From sequence record PV891803.1: DNA of 24,000 bases. One strand, written 5' to 3'. Below the pieces are notes generated by a model, which had not been told where the DNA came from, ran no database searches, and saw only the letters and a program-made list of their open reading frames with translations. Source of the stretch: Klebsiella phage vB_KpnS-Fama. Shown in pieces: positions 1 to 8,828 of the stretch. Position numbers and translations under genes: made by a program. The first letter of the stretch is position 1. Each line of letters begins with the position of its first letter.

Positions 1-1935
1 CGCAGGAGATGAATTATTAGTTCCGCGAGGCGCAATCATGTTAATTTCAGGCGCACCATCCGATGATACAATCTTCAACCCTCGACCATCCTGATTGGTT
101 GGAGCATTGAATTTTGGAACGGCTGCATTTAACGTTTCAAAGCTACGCACCAACCCAAGATCTGAGTGCATGGCCCCATCTGGAACAATCCAGAGATCTC
201 CGTTATCTGACAGCCTGAACGCCGGAACCCTTTCGCTAATCGTCTTACCTTTGGGGGTTACAAGTAAGCGAAGCCAACCGCCATGATTGCTTGCCGATGC
301 GTCGCCAGCGCCTAGGAAGTGCAGGGCTGCGTTGCTGTGCGCAGTGTACGCAGAGCCTAACCACGGTCGGGAGCCGTAACCACCTAAAAGCTGGTTGTTC
401 TTCGTCACGCTGTTAGACGCGCCGCGCGTATAGTTATGGAACACAGCAGATCCGCCAGCAGTATTTTCAATCCCGAAAGAACACTCCGTTGCGTTGTTGC
501 CGATAAAGTTAACGCCAATCCCGGTTGTTGCGGTCGTTTCCTTCAATGGCAACCCCTGAGATGCGGTAACATCTACGCCGCCGCGAAGGTTAGAAGATCC
601 GTTAACGCGTAGCGTGCTTGACATTGTAACGGCGTTGCTAAAGCTGGCATTCAATCCGGTAACAGTAAAGTTTGATGCATCAAAGACAACTTGCTTTGCG
701 CTATTCATATCGCCATTAGGGCGGAAGTACATCCCCTGACCGCTTTCAGGGATTGAGTACACGATCGCATTGCTGTTATTGGCCCTAACCACGCAACCAT
801 TCAGGGTCAGCGTAGCGTTTCCGCCAGGCACACTGATCGCTTGTGGTTGACTGAACGTGTTAGCTACGTTGGTGCGCGGGATCGTGCTATCGTTAGCCAT
901 CAAATAATCAGTCGGTGAATTATATACAATCCCGGCTGGCTCCGTGGTAATCCACGAATAGCCAGTTCGATCGATGATCGGCCCGGTAATCAACCCATTA
1001 TTAGATTGCACGTTCAAACGGTTTAACCACATAACGGGAAAATAACCGTTAGGACAGAGCAAATAAACATCAAAAGATCCGTCAGTGTTTTTCACAACCC
1101 CCAACTTCAAACGTGATGTGCTACTGGTTGCGGCAATCAGTGCGCATTGAGTAAAGTTGGCGTCAATATTATTACTGGTTAGCGTATCGGGAAGACCACG
1201 GCCAGAAATAGAAAAGATATCTACCGGGAGATTTGCCGAACCAAAGTTAGCGCCGCCACCAATAATAAATTGCGCAAAACAGTTTGACTGTCCAGCGTTC
1301 TTAACGTTGGCAATCTTCATCCACGCACGAGAACCACCCGGCGAGACGGGCAGCTTATCCGGAGCTTGAACTCCAGCCACAAGATCTACGGTCTGGTTAT
1401 AAAGGTTTTTGGTCTGATCCATTGCCGACCCGGCTTGTTGCCGTGCTGTTAGCGCCGCTTGCTCCGAAGCCTTAGAGTTCGTTTCTGAAGTTTTTGCAGC
1501 GCTTTCAGACGCCGCCGCAGCCGTAGCGCTTGCGCCAGCAGATTCAGAATCTTGCTTAACCTGATTGGCAAGATTTTGCAGGGAATCGAAATCAAAGTTC
1601 TTGAAGAACTCGACTGCATCCGCAATTACGGTTTCCTGTGACTGATAGTAGCGCAGAGTTTCAGCAACATCTTGCGCCAGGCCGTCAACGGTTAGCGAGT
1701 CGCTTAACAGGATCGCGTAATCGGTAGACGCTACTACAGCGCCTTTTGTGGTGATGGCTTTAATTTCAGTGTCGCTGACCACCTTGTTTACGACGGCCAT
1801 TTGAATCGGAGACGACAAAAACATAATCGTCGCGCCAGGGCGGATAAGCGAAAGCGATGATTGCCATTTTGTGCCAGTCCCGGTAACGGTTCCGTCTGCG
1901 GCCATAGCCGCCTTGCCTTCTCTGTATAGTGCCAT
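1..1935 (-). CDS. Tail fibre / side tail fibre protein, partial (3' end beyond window edge)
   Basis: Open frame of 645 codons with no stop, read by hand on the minus strand from ATG at 1933-1935: [45 protein letters not shown]..., the N-terminus typical of siphophage tail fibres, followed by an Ala/Ser-rich coiled stretch ([32 protein letters not shown]). The ORF track omits it because it runs off the window. Confidence 0.88.
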   Translation of the reverse strand, partial: MALYREGKAAMAADGTVTGTGTKWQSSLSLIRPGATIMFLSSPIQMAVVNKVVSDTEIKAITTKGAVVASTDYAILLSDSLTVDGLAQDVAETLRYYQSQETVIADAVEFFKNFDFDSLQNLANQVKQDSESAGASATAAAASESAAKTSETNSKASEQAALTARQQAGSAMDQTKNLYNQTVDLVAGVQAPDKLPVSPGGSRAWMKIANVKNAGQSNCFAQFIIGGGANFGSANLPVDIFSISGRGLPDTLTSNNIDANFTQCALIAATSSTSRLKLGVVKNTDGSFDVYLLCPNGYFPVMWLNRLNVQSNNGLITGPIIDRTGYSWITTEPAGIVYNSPTDYLMANDSTIPRTNVANTFSQPQAISVPGGNATLTLNGCVVRANNSNAIVYSIPESGQGMYFRPNGDMNSAKQVVFDASNFTVTGLNASFSNAVTMSSTLRVNGSSNLRGGVDVTASQGLPLKETTATTGIGVNFIGNNATECSFGIENTAGGSAVFHNYTRGASNSVTKNNQLLGGYGSRPWLGSAYTAHSNAALHFLGAGDASASNHGGWLRLLVTPKGKTISERVPAFRLSDNGDLWIVPDGAMHSDLGLVRSFETLNAAVPKFNAPTNQDGRGLKIVSSDGAPEINMIAPRGTNNSSPA

Positions 1936-1969
1936 TTTAAAAGCCTCTTATGTTGGTTGAGTAACGCAG

Positions 1970-1998
1970 ATAATAGCATCAATGAACAGATAAAAAAA
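1970..1998 (-). promoter_or_regulatory. Candidate promoter for the tail fibre gene
   Basis: Minus strand TTTTTT-N17-TATTAT (-10 at 1970-1975), 35 nt before the ATG at 1935. The -35 would be the T-run of the preceding terminator. Confidence 0.35.
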
Positions 1999-2017
1999 GG
2001 AGCCTTTCGGCTCCTTT
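1992..2017 (-). terminator. Intrinsic terminator after ssb
   Basis: Minus strand AAAGGAGCC-gaaa-GGCTCCTTTTTTTA: 9-bp stem, tetraloop, T-run. Confidence 0.85.
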
Positions 2018-2027
2018 AGTTGTCAAA

Positions 2028-2498
2028 TTAGAACGGGATATCGTCATCGAAATCCATACCTGGATTCCCGCCGCTGTTTTGCGGTTTAGGCGCTTGTTGC
2101 GGCTTGGGTTGTTGAGGCTGGCCCCACCCGGATTGCTGATTGCCTCCGCCGCTTTGCGCAGGATCGCGCTGGCTGAATTCGAGTTGCGGCATAATCATTT
2201 CATTGTGGCTGTAAATTGTGCCGTTGTGCTCGCGGTTCACGATCTGAAGCGTTCGGCAGGTGACGCTAATCACCTTATCCATTTGCAGCGCTTCATCGTA
2301 CCACTTAATCATGCTTTCTTTTGCAAAGAAAACAGCGCGGTAGTTCGTGTAAATTGTTTCGTCCTCGCCATCACGATTGCGGATCTTCATCCGCTCCGAC
2401 AGGTCTACGGCGTACATCTTCCACGGCCCGTTATTATTGCTGCCTTCCTTGATGTACGGTTCTTTTCGGATTACACCTGTTACAACATGCATTGTCAT
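2028..2498 (-). CDS. ssb: Single-stranded DNA-binding protein
   Basis: 156 aa, OB-fold-like N-terminus, Gln/Pro/Gly-rich linker and the canonical acidic tip DFDDDIPF. Confidence 0.93.
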   Translation of the reverse strand: MTMHVVTGVIRKEPYIKEGSNNNGPWKMYAVDLSERMKIRNRDGEDETIYTNYRAVFFAKESMIKWYDEALQMDKVISVTCRTLQIVNREHNGTIYSHNEMIMPQLEFSQRDPAQSGGGNQQSGWGQPQQPKPQQAPKPQNSGGNPGMDFDDDIPF

Positions 2499-2528
2499 TC
2501 CTATGGGGCGGTTTCCCGCCCGGTTAAA

Positions 2529-3185
2529 TTAGTTGAAAGATGAAATATCTTGTGCTTCTGGTTCAGGTTTTGATTCTACCTTTTCCGGCTCACGTTTCGC
2601 AACCTCTTGCGGTTTACCAGGATTGAAGCCATTTGCCGGGGTGACTTTCAGTTCCGCCTGGCGCTTGGTGATATCGTCTTCCGTCATTTTCCATTCCGCA
2701 GGCGTTAACGTTTGTTTCGCCATCTTATAGATCTCACGAAGCGATTCGAGATCTTCGCACGCGTCAATGCGTTTTTTGAAGTCTTTCGGCGTCATCTTCG
2801 TAATTTCTGCATCATCATCCGCCTGCTTGATACCGAGCGCTGCGGCCAGTGCATAACGGCGGGCGTAAGATGTTGTTGAGCCGTATGCTTGTTCGACGGT
2901 TTTACTGATCGGCATATTGTACTGAAACGCCATGAACTCGCCGCTTTCGTGCAAAAACATAGTTTCGAGGTGCATAACCTTTTCGGTGCTGGTATCCATC
3001 ATGGATTGAATGACCATAATTTTGTTCTTCTCCAGCGCCGGGGAAATAGCGTCGAGGATATCACCAAGATTCGCGTAGGTGTTCCCAAGATGGTTGTTCT
3101 TCCCGCTTTTCTTCGCGGCCACGAAGCCAGATTTTGCCTTGATTAATGCGGCTGCGATGGTGGTAAATTTTTCAGATGTACGCAT
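2529..3185 (-). CDS. erf: ERF-family single-strand annealing recombinase
   Basis: 218 aa; NTYANLGDILDAISPALEKNKIMVIQS...GSTTSYARRYALAAALGI is an ERF superfamily signature. Located between ssb and the exonuclease. Confidence 0.9.
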   Translation of the reverse strand: MRTSEKFTTIAAALIKAKSGFVAAKKSGKNNHLGNTYANLGDILDAISPALEKNKIMVIQSMMDTSTEKVMHLETMFLHESGEFMAFQYNMPISKTVEQAYGSTTSYARRYALAAALGIKQADDDAEITKMTPKDFKKRIDACEDLESLREIYKMAKQTLTPAEWKMTEDDITKRQAELKVTPANGFNPGKPQEVAKREPEKVESKPEPEAQDISSFN

Positions 3186-3218
3186 GATAAAGTTTCCTTT
3201 TCCTGATTGGTAATGCGC

Positions 3219-3258
3219 ACTATATCACAAGCGCGCACCAGTGTTTAGCTATTTGTGC
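3219..3258 (-). promoter_or_regulatory. Module copy 1: box + -10 upstream of erf
   Basis: Minus strand GCACAAATAGCTAAAC...; TAGCTA-N21-TATAGT; -10 is 34 nt from the erf ATG. The TAA stop of the exonuclease lies in GCTAAAC. Confidence 0.6.
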
Positions 3259-4291
3259 CGTATACATCCGGGAACATGTATTTCACAAACTGCGGAGTAG
3301 GCAAAACGACTTCCGCCGCGTTTGACTCATATGATGGCCATGAATCATGCTTCACGCATTCCGCATACTGATGAATCACGCTTTGATACTGCTTGCGCCC
3401 GATCTCGATCTGCTGGCTGGTCAGGGTGAACGCCAGCGGAGCAAACGGTGACTTTTTCTCCTGCGTTAGCAGTCTGACAACTACCGGGCGTTTTTCGTTG
3501 TAGGTCTTCACGAATAGATCGCGCTGCAATGCCATCTTGAGATAGTAACCCAGGTTGAAAGCGAGTCGCCCGAAATCGTCCGGCTTGGAGGATTGAGTGG
3601 TTTTGTAGTCGGTAATCACCACGACCTCGAAAACTTCATCCGGGTTGAACCCCCACTCCTTGATGAGTTCGGGATCGGAAACCACGTCAACATGATCTAG
3701 TCGAACCTTGACCTTGACGCCGAAGATCTCACCGAAGATTGACAATTCACGCTGTGCGGTAGGCGATTCGATACATGCGGCGTGTCGCGGGTTGGCCAAC
3801 ATCACGCTTCGCATTTGAACAACGGCATCGAAATCAACATCCTTAACCAGCTTGCGCCCGGAGTTCATCGCGGCGCTTTCGTCGCAAAGTTCAATCGCCC
3901 ACCAAACATTTACGTCAATCCCGGCGCGATATGCCATTTCCAGAAGTTCCGGGTAATCCTTGTTGGACGTCCCAATCAGGCCACACGCTTTCAGCTTCGC
4001 AGACAGTGCCGACTTCGACGTAATCAGATCTTTAACCTCGCCCGGAGAAGTCGCCCGCAGGTACTCGCCATTAAATTTTGCCGTTTCAAGCATACAGGTA
4101 TGCGAACAGGTTCCGAACGCCAGCGCGGCGGTTTCCTCACGCACCTTGTATTTCCAGTGCGCCGGGGATGTTGCGTAAATCTCGCCGAGGCTTGAGCCGC
4201 TAACGTACTCCGCGCACCAGGAATCAGGATCGTGATATTGCTCGTTAGTCAATTCACTGCTGGTGTATGCCCTGAAAATTGCTTCAGCCAT
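3245..4291 (-). CDS. RecE/exodeoxyribonuclease VIII-like PD-(D/E)XK exonuclease
   Basis: 348 aa; ...VVVITDYKTTQSSKPDDFGRLAFNLGYYLKMAL... matches phage RecE-like nucleases; adjacent to Erf. Confidence 0.85.
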   Translation of the reverse strand: MAEAIFRAYTSSELTNEQYHDPDSWCAEYVSGSSLGEIYATSPAHWKYKVREETAALAFGTCSHTCMLETAKFNGEYLRATSPGEVKDLITSKSALSAKLKACGLIGTSNKDYPELLEMAYRAGIDVNVWWAIELCDESAAMNSGRKLVKDVDFDAVVQMRSVMLANPRHAACIESPTAQRELSIFGEIFGVKVKVRLDHVDVVSDPELIKEWGFNPDEVFEVVVITDYKTTQSSKPDDFGRLAFNLGYYLKMALQRDLFVKTYNEKRPVVVRLLTQEKKSPFAPLAFTLTSQQIEIGRKQYQSVIHQYAECVKHDSWPSYESNAAEVVLPTPQFVKYMFPDVYGTNS

Positions 4292-4324
4292 TGATATTGC
4301 TCCATTTGTGGTTTCGTTGCGTTA

Positions 4325-4366
4325 AGTATACGCATGACGATTCCCGGCGCAAGTCAAAAAGTGCTA
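4325..4366 (-). promoter_or_regulatory. Module copy 2: box + -10 upstream of the exonuclease gene
   Basis: Minus strand TAGCACTTTTTGACTTG...; TTGACT-N21-TATACT; -10 is 34 nt from the ATG at 4291. Confidence 0.7.
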
Positions 4367-4382
4367 TCCGCAGTTGGTCAAA

Positions 4383-4768
4383 AAATGAGCGAAATTTACG
4401 TAAGATTTAGTAAGATGCATCTTACGTGATTTTTTCCATACATTTCATAGAGTTAATGCAAATCGGTAAGATGGTAAGATCCCTATAGGTAAATATCCAT
4501 GAAAAATCTGGCGCGAAATCCAGCGAAAAAAGACACGCACCCCGGAGAAATCTTACCAAGATAAGTATAGAGAGATAGAGTAACAATAATAATATTATTA
4601 TTTATCATATACTTACTATCTATATATGGTGGATAATTGGTTAAATTTTGCGCGAAATTTACGTAAGATTCATCTTACTAAATCTTACCTAAAGTGGTTC
4701 GACCAGTGGTTAAGTTGCTGAATTTCAGGCATAAAAAAAGGTAAGACTGATTTTCTCAATCTTACCTA
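4383..4768. other. Repeat-rich AT-rich non-coding region A, candidate replication origin or partition-like site
   Basis: Nine exact GTAAGAT/ATCTTAC heptamers (4400, 4410, 4419, 4466, 4474, 4550, 4663, 4672, 4682) plus 4759 and the variant GTAAGAC at 4741; perfect 16-nt palindrome GTAAGATGCATCTTAC at 4410-4425; 19-nt direct repeat GCGAAATTTACGTAAGATT at 4389-4407 and 4652-4670; AT-rich core at 4561-4627. Confidence 0.6.
4733..4767 (-). terminator. Intrinsic terminator after the primase gene
   Basis: Minus strand AGGTAAGATTGAgaaaaTCAGTCTTACCTTTTTTT: about 11-bp stem with one wobble, followed by a T-run. Confidence 0.8.
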
Positions 4769-4787
4769 ATTTCTGGTCAATATTTAA

Positions 4788-5747
4788 TCAGAGAAGAGAT
4801 GATGCCTTGTATAACTTACGCTCAAAGCCGAGCTTGAAGTTGTCACCGTTCGGAACGATAACTTTAAGATCCCGATCGTCGGCAGCAGCCAGCATATCTC
4901 GATCTCCACGACGGCAAACCACCCGCATTTCTCGCTTACCTTCTCCGCCCTTGCATTTATACCTGTACGCCACGATCTCGACGTTTGAAGGTATGATGCA
5001 GGCCCACACATCACACTTAAACGAACTCGCAATATTGAAGTGCATCGCCTCAACCCAGGATCGAGCAAGGTAAATCGGCCCGTTACCGTCGTCGCTCTGA
5101 TTGGTCACTATTACCGATCCGAAGGTTAGATCTCCAGCTAACATCTTCTCCCGACCTTCTTCATCAATGAACAGGATATTGCAATACTCATCATCCAGCC
5201 CATCTTCATGCACGAGTTGCATCGGTAGCGCGTGAATTAGCTCCTGCCTGCCGTTCTCGTGGGTTTTTACGCCAACCTGATATGATTTGATATGCTCGTT
5301 TTCGATGCCCTCATAAAGCGTTACAGGCGTGCTATCGACGACCTCCGTTCTGTTTAAAACTGCCAGCACTCTTTCATGATCTGCCATCTTCCCGTAGTCG
5401 TACCCGTTGTCGCGAGAAACCTGCTTATTCCTCTTGACTACGTATTCTTGCGGAACCTTGCCGAGATAGCGCCCAAGAATGTTGATGCATTCGCTATACG
5501 GCTGGCCGCTTAACTTCATCAACCAGCCGATCCCCTTATCAGCACCGCAGCCGCCACAGTATGCACCGCCGTCGCCGCGCGTTTCTAACTTGTCAGTCCA
5601 GCGGAATCTGTCTTTGCCGCCGCAGTTCGGGCAATCCTGGTGCTTGCCGTTGAAGTATCGAGAGTGGATGCCGCAAATGTTCTGCAACGCTTCGCGCCAC
5701 ATGCCAGCCATGTACGGCAAAACCTCTTTTTCATCGTAAAAATCCAC
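4788..5747 (-). CDS. DNA primase with zinc ribbon
   Basis: 319 aa, GTG start after GGAGGT; CPNCGGKDRFRW...YCGGCGADKGIGW is the P4/phage primase zinc-ribbon signature. Confidence 0.87.
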   Translation of the reverse strand: MDFYDEKEVLPYMAGMWREALQNICGIHSRYFNGKHQDCPNCGGKDRFRWTDKLETRGDGGAYCGGCGADKGIGWLMKLSGQPYSECINILGRYLGKVPQEYVVKRNKQVSRDNGYDYGKMADHERVLAVLNRTEVVDSTPVTLYEGIENEHIKSYQVGVKTHENGRQELIHALPMQLVHEDGLDDEYCNILFIDEEGREKMLAGDLTFGSVIVTNQSDDGNGPIYLARSWVEAMHFNIASSFKCDVWACIIPSNVEIVAYRYKCKGGEGKREMRVVCRRGDRDMLAAADDRDLKVIVPNGDNFKLGFERKLYKASSLL

Positions 5748-5782
5748 GTCGTTACCTCCAAATAAAAAACGCCTACACGAGA

Positions 5783-5825
5783 ATGATAACCCGGCAGGCG
5801 TTTAGTGTTTAGACAAATTGTGCTA
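5783..5825 (-). promoter_or_regulatory. Module copy 3: box + -10 upstream of the primase gene
   Basis: Minus strand TAGCACAATTTGTCTAAAC...; TTGTCT-N22-TATCAT; -10 is 36 nt from the GTG at 5747. The TAG is the stop of the upstream HTH gene. Confidence 0.62.
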
Positions 5826-6224
5826 TCGGACTACGCGGAGCATTTCCCGGCGGTCGCATCGGCGCGTCACTGGCTTGCCGTTGCTGTCAAATCTTAAATC
5901 AGGTCGGCAGAATGAGGCCCGGAAACCTTTGCAATTGTTCCGGCGGTAGCTCTTGTGTACGAGATAAGCGCCATCTGCTGAGATCATGCCGCGCTTACGC
6001 CACTGCTGAACAACCTGGATACTAACTCCCAACTCTTTTGCCGTTCCAGCGACGCCGCCAAAGGCATCAATAACCAACTCCATCCGCGCAGTCAACCCGG
6101 CGCGAACCTCATCCTTCAGCACGTAGTAACCAGTCGGTCGCTTGCGTTTCTTCTTATCTTTCCCGCGCGATGTTCCGTTATTGCCGTTCAATGTTCGCTT
6201 ATCCACCTTTGCCATTTGTTCCAT
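5823..6224 (-). CDS. HTH DNA-binding protein (Cro/YdaS-like), putative early regulator
   Basis: 133 aa; VIDAFGGVAGTAKELGVSIQVVQQWRKRGMISADGAYLV resembles a Cro-type helix-turn-helix; basic N-terminus. Confidence 0.7.
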   Translation of the reverse strand: MEQMAKVDKRTLNGNNGTSRGKDKKKRKRPTGYYVLKDEVRAGLTARMELVIDAFGGVAGTAKELGVSIQVVQQWRKRGMISADGAYLVHKSYRRNNCKGFRASFCRPDLRFDSNGKPVTRRCDRREMLRVVR

Positions 6225-6237
6225 AATTTAACCCTCA

Positions 6238-6279
6238 TAGCATTTTTTGTTAAACCTGATAAAATGTTCCATGTATTAT
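6238..6279 (+). promoter_or_regulatory. Module copy 4: box + -10 upstream of the helicase gene
   Basis: TAGCATTTTTTGTTAAACC...; TTGTTA(6247-6252)-N21-TATTAT(6274-6279); 37 nt to the ATG at 6316. Confidence 0.68.
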
Positions 6280-6302
6280 ACACGCAACTATGCGAATGAC
6301 AA
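6275..6302 (-). promoter_or_regulatory. Sigma70-type leftward promoter for the HTH gene
   Basis: Minus strand TTGTCA-N16-TATAAT (-35 at 6297-6302, -10 at 6275-6280). Confidence 0.6.
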
Positions 6303-6315
6303 ATTAGGATTGCCC

Positions 6316-8352
6316 ATGCTCACAATTGAACAACAAATTGAAGCCTACGCAGATAAGATCCCGTTAATACAAAAGCGGTTCACCGTCGGAAATATCGTTC
6401 CTTACCCGTATCAGGCGGTTGCGTATATTGAGACCGCGAAGCGGATCGCAAAATATGAACATCCTTTTTACATTAAGGCTTCGGTTTCCGCCGGGAAAAC
6501 AATCATGATCGCCATGCTTGCGGCGCAGTGCAAGGCAATGAACTTACCCATGATGGTTCTTGCTCGCCAGGCCGAGATCGTGAAGCAGGATTCCGAGGAG
6601 ATCAGTAACCTCGATGTTCCCAACTCCGTTTATTGCGCCGGGTTAGGCACAAAGGCAGCATACTTCCCGATCGTCGTCGGATCTGAAGGGACGGTGGTTA
6701 ATGGCCTGTTTAAAATGCTGGGCGACTACGTGCCTTCAGTTCTGGCCATTGACGAATGCCACCAGGTTGACTGGCAGGATCTGGCGGAAGCAATCGCCAA
6801 CAATGAATCGTTCGAATACATGAGCAGGCCGAAGGATAAGCCGTATCGCGTGAACGGGGAGCTGGTCGATGCCGACCACCCATACGACGAAAAATTCGAC
6901 GATGTAGAATTCGGCGGCGGTCGCACGCAATACACCATCGTCATTCGTGAGTTAATGCGGCGATGCCTGGAGAAGACGGGGCGAGAGCTTCGCATCGTCG
7001 GCTACACCGGATCTGAGTTTCGCGGTGTGGTTCCCATCTTACAGGAAGATAAGACGCAACCTGGATTCTGGCGCGAGCAGATCACCGACATTAACACAAA
7101 CTACCTTGTCGAATTCGGTTCGGTAGTTCCCACCATTTTCGGCGACACCGAGGCGGATGGCTTGGGGTATGACCTGTCAGAATTCCACGGCTCCAGTCAG
7201 GACGGCACGCAGGATTTTAGCGCGGAAGAATTGCGCAAGATGGAAAAGAAAATCCATGAATCCGGCGAAATGACGAAGCTGATCATGCAAAAGGTCGTAG
7301 AGCGTGCGAAAACCCGAAACGGCGTTCTGATAACTTGCGCTGGACAGCGGCATTGCAAGGAGGCGGCGAGCTATCTACCGCCGGACGCAACATACGCGAT
7401 CATCACCGAAAAGACGAACTCAAAGAAACGCGGCGAAATTTTGGATAAGGCGAATCGCGGGGAGATTAAATACATCTTCCAGGTGATGGCCCTTACCACT
7501 GGCGTTAACGTTCCGTTTTGGGATTTTTCGGTGATATTGCGCAAGATCGGGTCGCTTACGTTGCTTATTCAGCTTTTGGGGCGTGGAATGCGACTTCTAA
7601 AGGACTGGCAAAAACAGCCGCCTTACTCGTGGGTGAAAGAAGATCACCTTGTCTGGGATTTTGCCGGAACAATGGATGACCTTGGCCAGTTGTATTTCGA
7701 TCCGATTTTGGAGCAGGCGCAATACCAAAGACGCAAGAGCAGCAAGAACGGCCCGAAAATTTGCCCGGTATGCAAGGGAGAAAATAGCGAGTACGCCCGC
7801 AGATGCATTCACAAAGACAGTAACGGCAATCGGTGCGAATACTTCTGGATCTCGCAGCGCTGCGAAGACCAGAAAGACCCGCGAACAGGGAAGATTAAGG
7901 TAAAAGGGTGTTACGCTGAAAATGACATTGTTGCCCGCCAGTGCAGATGCTGCGGGGTGCAGCTTAAAGACCCCAATGACAATCTCACCGGGAAGCACTA
8001 TACGCAAAATGACTGGTATGATGTTGTCGGGTTCGATATCGGGTTGACTCGCAATCAGTCCGGAATCATCTTCAATTACGTTTTGCTGAACCATGACGGC
8101 GAGCGGTTTACCGCCAGGGAAAAGTTCTTCCCGGAATCAGAGAATCAGATTTGCGGCAAGTTGTGGCGGCAAAAGGCGGTCTTCCAGCATGTTGATGACG
8201 CGGTAATGCGCGGCAAGTTGGGCGGGATGAAAAATGCGCGGAAAATCCTTGAGTATGCGCATTACTTCCGATCTCCGAAGCGCGTAACGCATCGCGTTAA
8301 CGGCAAGAAGGAAGACATTATTTCACGCAAAGATTTTGGAGACACAGAATGA
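6316..8352 (+). CDS. SF2 DEAD/DEAH-like helicase with C-terminal zinc-finger region
   Basis: Walker A-like ASVSAGKT, DECH box (AIDECHQVD), C-terminal CPVC...C...CRCC cysteines. The track start at 6247 is a TTG inside the conserved box; the ATG at 6316 (MLTIEQQIEAY) fits the module spacing. Confidence 0.88.
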   Translation: MLTIEQQIEAYADKIPLIQKRFTVGNIVPYPYQAVAYIETAKRIAKYEHPFYIKASVSAGKTIMIAMLAAQCKAMNLPMMVLARQAEIVKQDSEEISNLDVPNSVYCAGLGTKAAYFPIVVGSEGTVVNGLFKMLGDYVPSVLAIDECHQVDWQDLAEAIANNESFEYMSRPKDKPYRVNGELVDADHPYDEKFDDVEFGGGRTQYTIVIRELMRRCLEKTGRELRIVGYTGSEFRGVVPILQEDKTQPGFWREQITDINTNYLVEFGSVVPTIFGDTEADGLGYDLSEFHGSSQDGTQDFSAEELRKMEKKIHESGEMTKLIMQKVVERAKTRNGVLITCAGQRHCKEAASYLPPDATYAIITEKTNSKKRGEILDKANRGEIKYIFQVMALTTGVNVPFWDFSVILRKIGSLTLLIQLLGRGMRLLKDWQKQPPYSWVKEDHLVWDFAGTMDDLGQLYFDPILEQAQYQRRKSSKNGPKICPVCKGENSEYARRCIHKDSNGNRCEYFWISQRCEDQKDPRTGKIKVKGCYAENDIVARQCRCCGVQLKDPNDNLTGKHYTQNDWYDVVGFDIGLTRNQSGIIFNYVLLNHDGERFTAREKFFPESENQICGKLWRQKAVFQHVDDAVMRGKLGGMKNARKILEYAHYFRSPKRVTHRVNGKKEDIISRKDFGDTE

Positions 8353-8756
8353 TCACAGATAAAGGTGATTATCTCGAATACTACGGCGGGCCTGTGAAGG
8401 CCTGCCCACTTGAAAAAATCGACCAGATGAACAGCGTTTCGTGGCTGCGGCACGAATACCCTGATTATCTGTTTTGGCATACGGTTAACGAGGGGAGCAA
8501 GCACAAAGCGAGCGCGGTTATCGATCACCAAATGGGGTTGCTGAAGGGAGTTAGCGACATTCTGATCCTGATTGGGTTCGGCGGCAAATACCCGTTCGCG
8601 GCCATCGAGCTAAAGCGCCAGGGCAAGGCGCAGGCGTCACCAGTGAGCAAGGAGCAAAGGGAATTCCTTGCTGCCGTTCGCCGTCGCGGTGGCTTCGCTG
8701 CCGTTGCTTATGGGTTCGAGCAATTCAAGATCGCTTTCTGCGATGCCATCAAATAG
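8349..8756 (+). CDS. VRR-NUC domain nuclease
   Basis: 135 aa; GVSDILILIGFGGKYPFAAIELKRQGKAQASPVSKEQREFLAAVRRRGG; ATGA overlap with the helicase. Confidence 0.85.
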   Translation: MITDKGDYLEYYGGPVKACPLEKIDQMNSVSWLRHEYPDYLFWHTVNEGSKHKASAVIDHQMGLLKGVSDILILIGFGGKYPFAAIELKRQGKAQASPVSKEQREFLAAVRRRGGFAAVAYGFEQFKIAFCDAIK

Positions 8757-8796
8757 CACTTTTTGTTAAAAACGCCCGGCGAAGGCCGGGTATTAT
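8754..8796 (+). promoter_or_regulatory. Module copy 5: box + hairpin + -10
   Basis: TAGCACTTTTTGTTAAAAACG-CCCGGCgaagGCCGGG-TATTAT; TTGTTA-N22-TATTAT; the TAG is the VRR-NUC stop. Confidence 0.75.
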
Positions 8797-8828
8797 TACC
8801 CCATCGAAACGAAGAACGGAGAAACATC

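Noticed and set aside
2079-2543. 154-aa plus-strand ORF antisense to ssb
   Set aside because: The opposite strand encodes a clear SSB with the DDDIPF tip; the antisense frame has no ribosome-binding site and a codon-shadow composition.
6247-6315. N-terminal extension of the helicase suggested by the ORF track (TTG start)
   Set aside because: The TTG is inside the TTTTTTGTTAAA box and upstream of the -10; the ATG at 6316 matches the module ruler.
8754-8796. N4-type virion RNA polymerase hairpin promoters as an explanation of the hairpins
   Set aside because: No N4-like virion polymerase or other N4 genes are seen, the hairpins vary in stem and loop, and several copies lack one; the fixed parts are the box and the -10-like hexamer.
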